Assembly (NCBI GenBank): GCA_963699465.1
Contig: CAVOTZ010000002.1
Location: forward strand, 120,729 to 184,728
Source of the DNA: an uncultured Alphaproteobacteria bacterium
GTDB taxonomy: Bacteria > Pseudomonadota > Alphaproteobacteria > Rhizobiales > Xanthobacteraceae
Length of the DNA: 64,000 nucleotides
Direction of reading: 5' to 3'
Each line of letters opens with the position of its first letter. The stretch's first letter is position 1. A model generated the notes under the pieces. It did not search any database. It worked only from the letters and a program-made list of their open reading frames with translations, and was not told the DNA's origin. Shown piece by piece: positions 62,201 through 64,000 of this stretch. The position numbers were made by a program, and so were the translations under genes.

Positions 62201-62741
62201 CGGCCTCGTGGCGGCGGGCATGCAGGCCGGCGACGCCGGCGGCGTCTTCCAGCACGCGGCGGCGCTGTTCGGGCTTGGCCTGGATGATCTCGCCGATCTT
62301 GCCTTGGTGGACCAGCGCCGGCGAACGCGCGCCGGTGGCGGCGTCGGCGAACAGGATCTGCACGTCGCGGGCGCGCACGTCGCGGCCGTTGATGCGGTAG
62401 ACCGAGCCGGCCTCGCGCTCGATCCGGCGCGAGATTTCCAGGATCTCGCGATCGTTCATCGCCGCCGGCGCGGAGCGATCGGTGTTGTCGATCGTCATCA
62501 CCACTTCGGCATGATTGCGCGACGGCCGGTTGCCGGAGCCGGCGAAGATCACCGCGTCCATGTCGGCGGCGCGCAGCGATTTGTGCGAGGTCTCGCCCAT
62601 CGCCCAGCGCAGCGCCTCGACCAGATTGGATTTGCCGCAGCCGTTCGGACCGACCACGCCGGTCAGGCCCGGCTCGATCATGAAATCGGTCGGTTCAACA
62701 AACGACTTGAAACCGTGAAGGCGAAGACGCGTGAGTTTCAT
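59276..62741 (-). CDS. smc: Chromosome segregation protein SMC; frameshift near 60660
   Basis: [14 protein letters not shown], coiled coils, [14 protein letters not shown]. Confidence 0.95.
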
Positions 62742-62885
62742 GCACGATACTCTGTTGGCAGGGCGCGAATCTCCCTGCCGTGACAATACCATAGAAGGCA
62801 ATGTCGGTGTGTGGGTGAGTCGCTTCCGGCGGCTCTCGGCCCGCGACAATGGCGAGGGCAGGGCCGAAGGGCAACCGCCGCCCGG

Positions 62886-62980
62886 GGCTTTTCCCAAGGC
62901 TTTTCAAGAGCCTTTTGAGGGGTTTTTCAGAAGCCTTCAGCGCCCGCCTGACCGCGGCTTTCCACAGGCTTTTGAAGCCG
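62886..62980. repeat. Degenerate ~12-nt tandem repeats
   Basis: GGCTTTTCCCAA / GGCTTTTCAAGA / GCCTTTTGAGGG / GTTTTTCAGAA... / GGCTTTTGAAGC. Confidence 0.6.
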
Positions 62981-63015
62981 TTACGGCCGCGCCAGGACAG
63001 CGCAGGCGGGAAAGA

Positions 63016-63669
63016 TCAGGTTTTCAGCAGCGTTTTGATCTTGCTGTCGATTTCATCGAAGCTGAGCTCGCCCGCGACCATCTCGCCATTGAAGAAGAAG
63101 GTCGGCGTCCCCTCGACCTTCAGCGTCTCCTGGGCGTAGTTCCGGTCCGCCACCAGCCGGTCCATCATGGCCTGATCCTTCAGGCAGTCCTCGACCGCCT
63201 GCGCGCCGAGGCCGGCCTGCTTGCCGATCCGCTTCAGGGTCTCGGTGGTCTTCTCGACCAGCGCGTCCTGCTGCCTGAACTGCATGTCGACGACGGCGAA
63301 ATATTTGCCCGAATCGTCGCTGGCGATGCGGCGCGCCAGCATCGAGCAGGCGACGTCCTGGATGTTGAGCGGGAATTCCCGGAACACATAACGCACCTTG
63401 CCGGTGTCGATATAGGCCGCCTTGATCTTCGGGAATACATCCCGGCCGAACCGGCCGCAATGCGGGCAGGTCGCCGCCGCGTATTCGACGATGGTCAGCG
63501 GCGCGTTGGCCGCGCCGAGCGCCATGTCGGGCAGCGAGACCGGTTTTGTCACGTCGGAGACGCCTTGCGCCATCGCGTCCGCGAACAGGCGCAGCGGCGA
63601 AAATCCGGCGAGTGTAGCCAGTCCGGTCAACGACAAAGCGGCGGTGAAGGCGCGTCGCGTCATCGGCAT
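63016..63669 (-). CDS. DsbA family thioredoxin-fold protein
   Basis: TRRAF signal, CPHC, FREFPL, GTPTFF. Confidence 0.9.
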   Translation of the reverse strand: MPMTRRAFTAALSLTGLATLAGFSPLRLFADAMAQGVSDVTKPVSLPDMALGAANAPLTIVEYAAATCPHCGRFGRDVFPKIKAAYIDTGKVRYVFREFPLNIQDVACSMLARRIASDDSGKYFAVVDMQFRQQDALVEKTTETLKRIGKQAGLGAQAVEDCLKDQAMMDRLVADRNYAQETLKVEGTPTFFFNGEMVAGELSFDEIDSKIKTLLKT

Positions 63670-63693
63670 GGTCCGCTCTCCCGGTTTGGGCGA

Positions 63694-64000
63694 TCAGCTC
63701 TTCAGCAGCGATTTGATTTTCTCGTCGAACACGTCGAACGACGCCTCGCCCTTGATCACGTCGCCATTGACGAAGAACGTCGGCGTCGAGTTCACCTTCA
63801 GGATATCGGCGGCGTATTTCTGGTCGGCGGCGATCTTGTCGAGCAGCGCCTGGTCCTTCAGGCAGGTGTCGACCTGGTCCTGGCTGAGGCCGGCCTGCTT
63901 GCCGATGCGGCCGAGGCCCTCGGTGGTCGAGGTCTTGCCATAGGCCCAGTCCATCTGCTGCTTGAACAGCACGTCAACCACGGCGAAATATTTCGCGGCG
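63694..64000 (-). CDS. DsbA family paralog, C-terminal part (truncated by window edge)
   Basis: STPTFFVNG; C-terminus similar to the adjacent DsbA. Confidence 0.85.
   Translation of the reverse strand, partial: AAKYFAVVDVLFKQQMDWAYGKTSTTEGLGRIGKQAGLSQDQVDTCLKDQALLDKIAADQKYAADILKVNSTPTFFVNGDVIKGEASFDVFDEKIKSLLKS

Noticed and set aside
59276-62741. Programmed frameshift or pseudogene status for smc, trpE(G), htpX and the SDR
   Set aside because: Both halves look intact, no slippery site was evident, and scattered indels across core genes indicate sequencing error

Overview
GC-rich alphaproteobacterial chromosome segment. The gene set (fused cytochrome b/c1 fbcH, fused trpE(G), glpD-glpSTPQUV, aceA with a divergent ScfR/RamB regulator) points to Bradyrhizobiaceae/Nitrobacteraceae. 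Content is mostly core metabolism: glycerol ABC uptake, isocitrate lyase, a MoxR/DUF58/BatA cluster, hemF-queD-queE-trmL, the bc1 complex, trpE(G), apt, lemA/htpX, smc and two dsbA paralogs. Many genes, including smc and trpE(G), are broken by single-base indels, most likely long-read or consensus errors. Intergenic regions are crowded with at least seven families of REP-like palindromic repeats. The most notable items are: (1) a Zur-box / CxxC+RAPP leader peptide / TonB-dependent receptor unit; (2) a ~400-nt highly structured non-coding element with its own promoter and terminator; (3) a 160-bp MITE with a 10-bp target duplication inserted inside a REP; (4) a tandem canonical/degenerate ParA-like ATPase pair; (5) a 22-aa membrane peptide missing from the ORF track, in a putative EcfG stress cluster. 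No CRISPR array, rRNA, tRNA, transposase or prophage was seen. All calls come from reading the sequence; no database searches were run, and coordinates of frameshifted genes and repeats are approximate.
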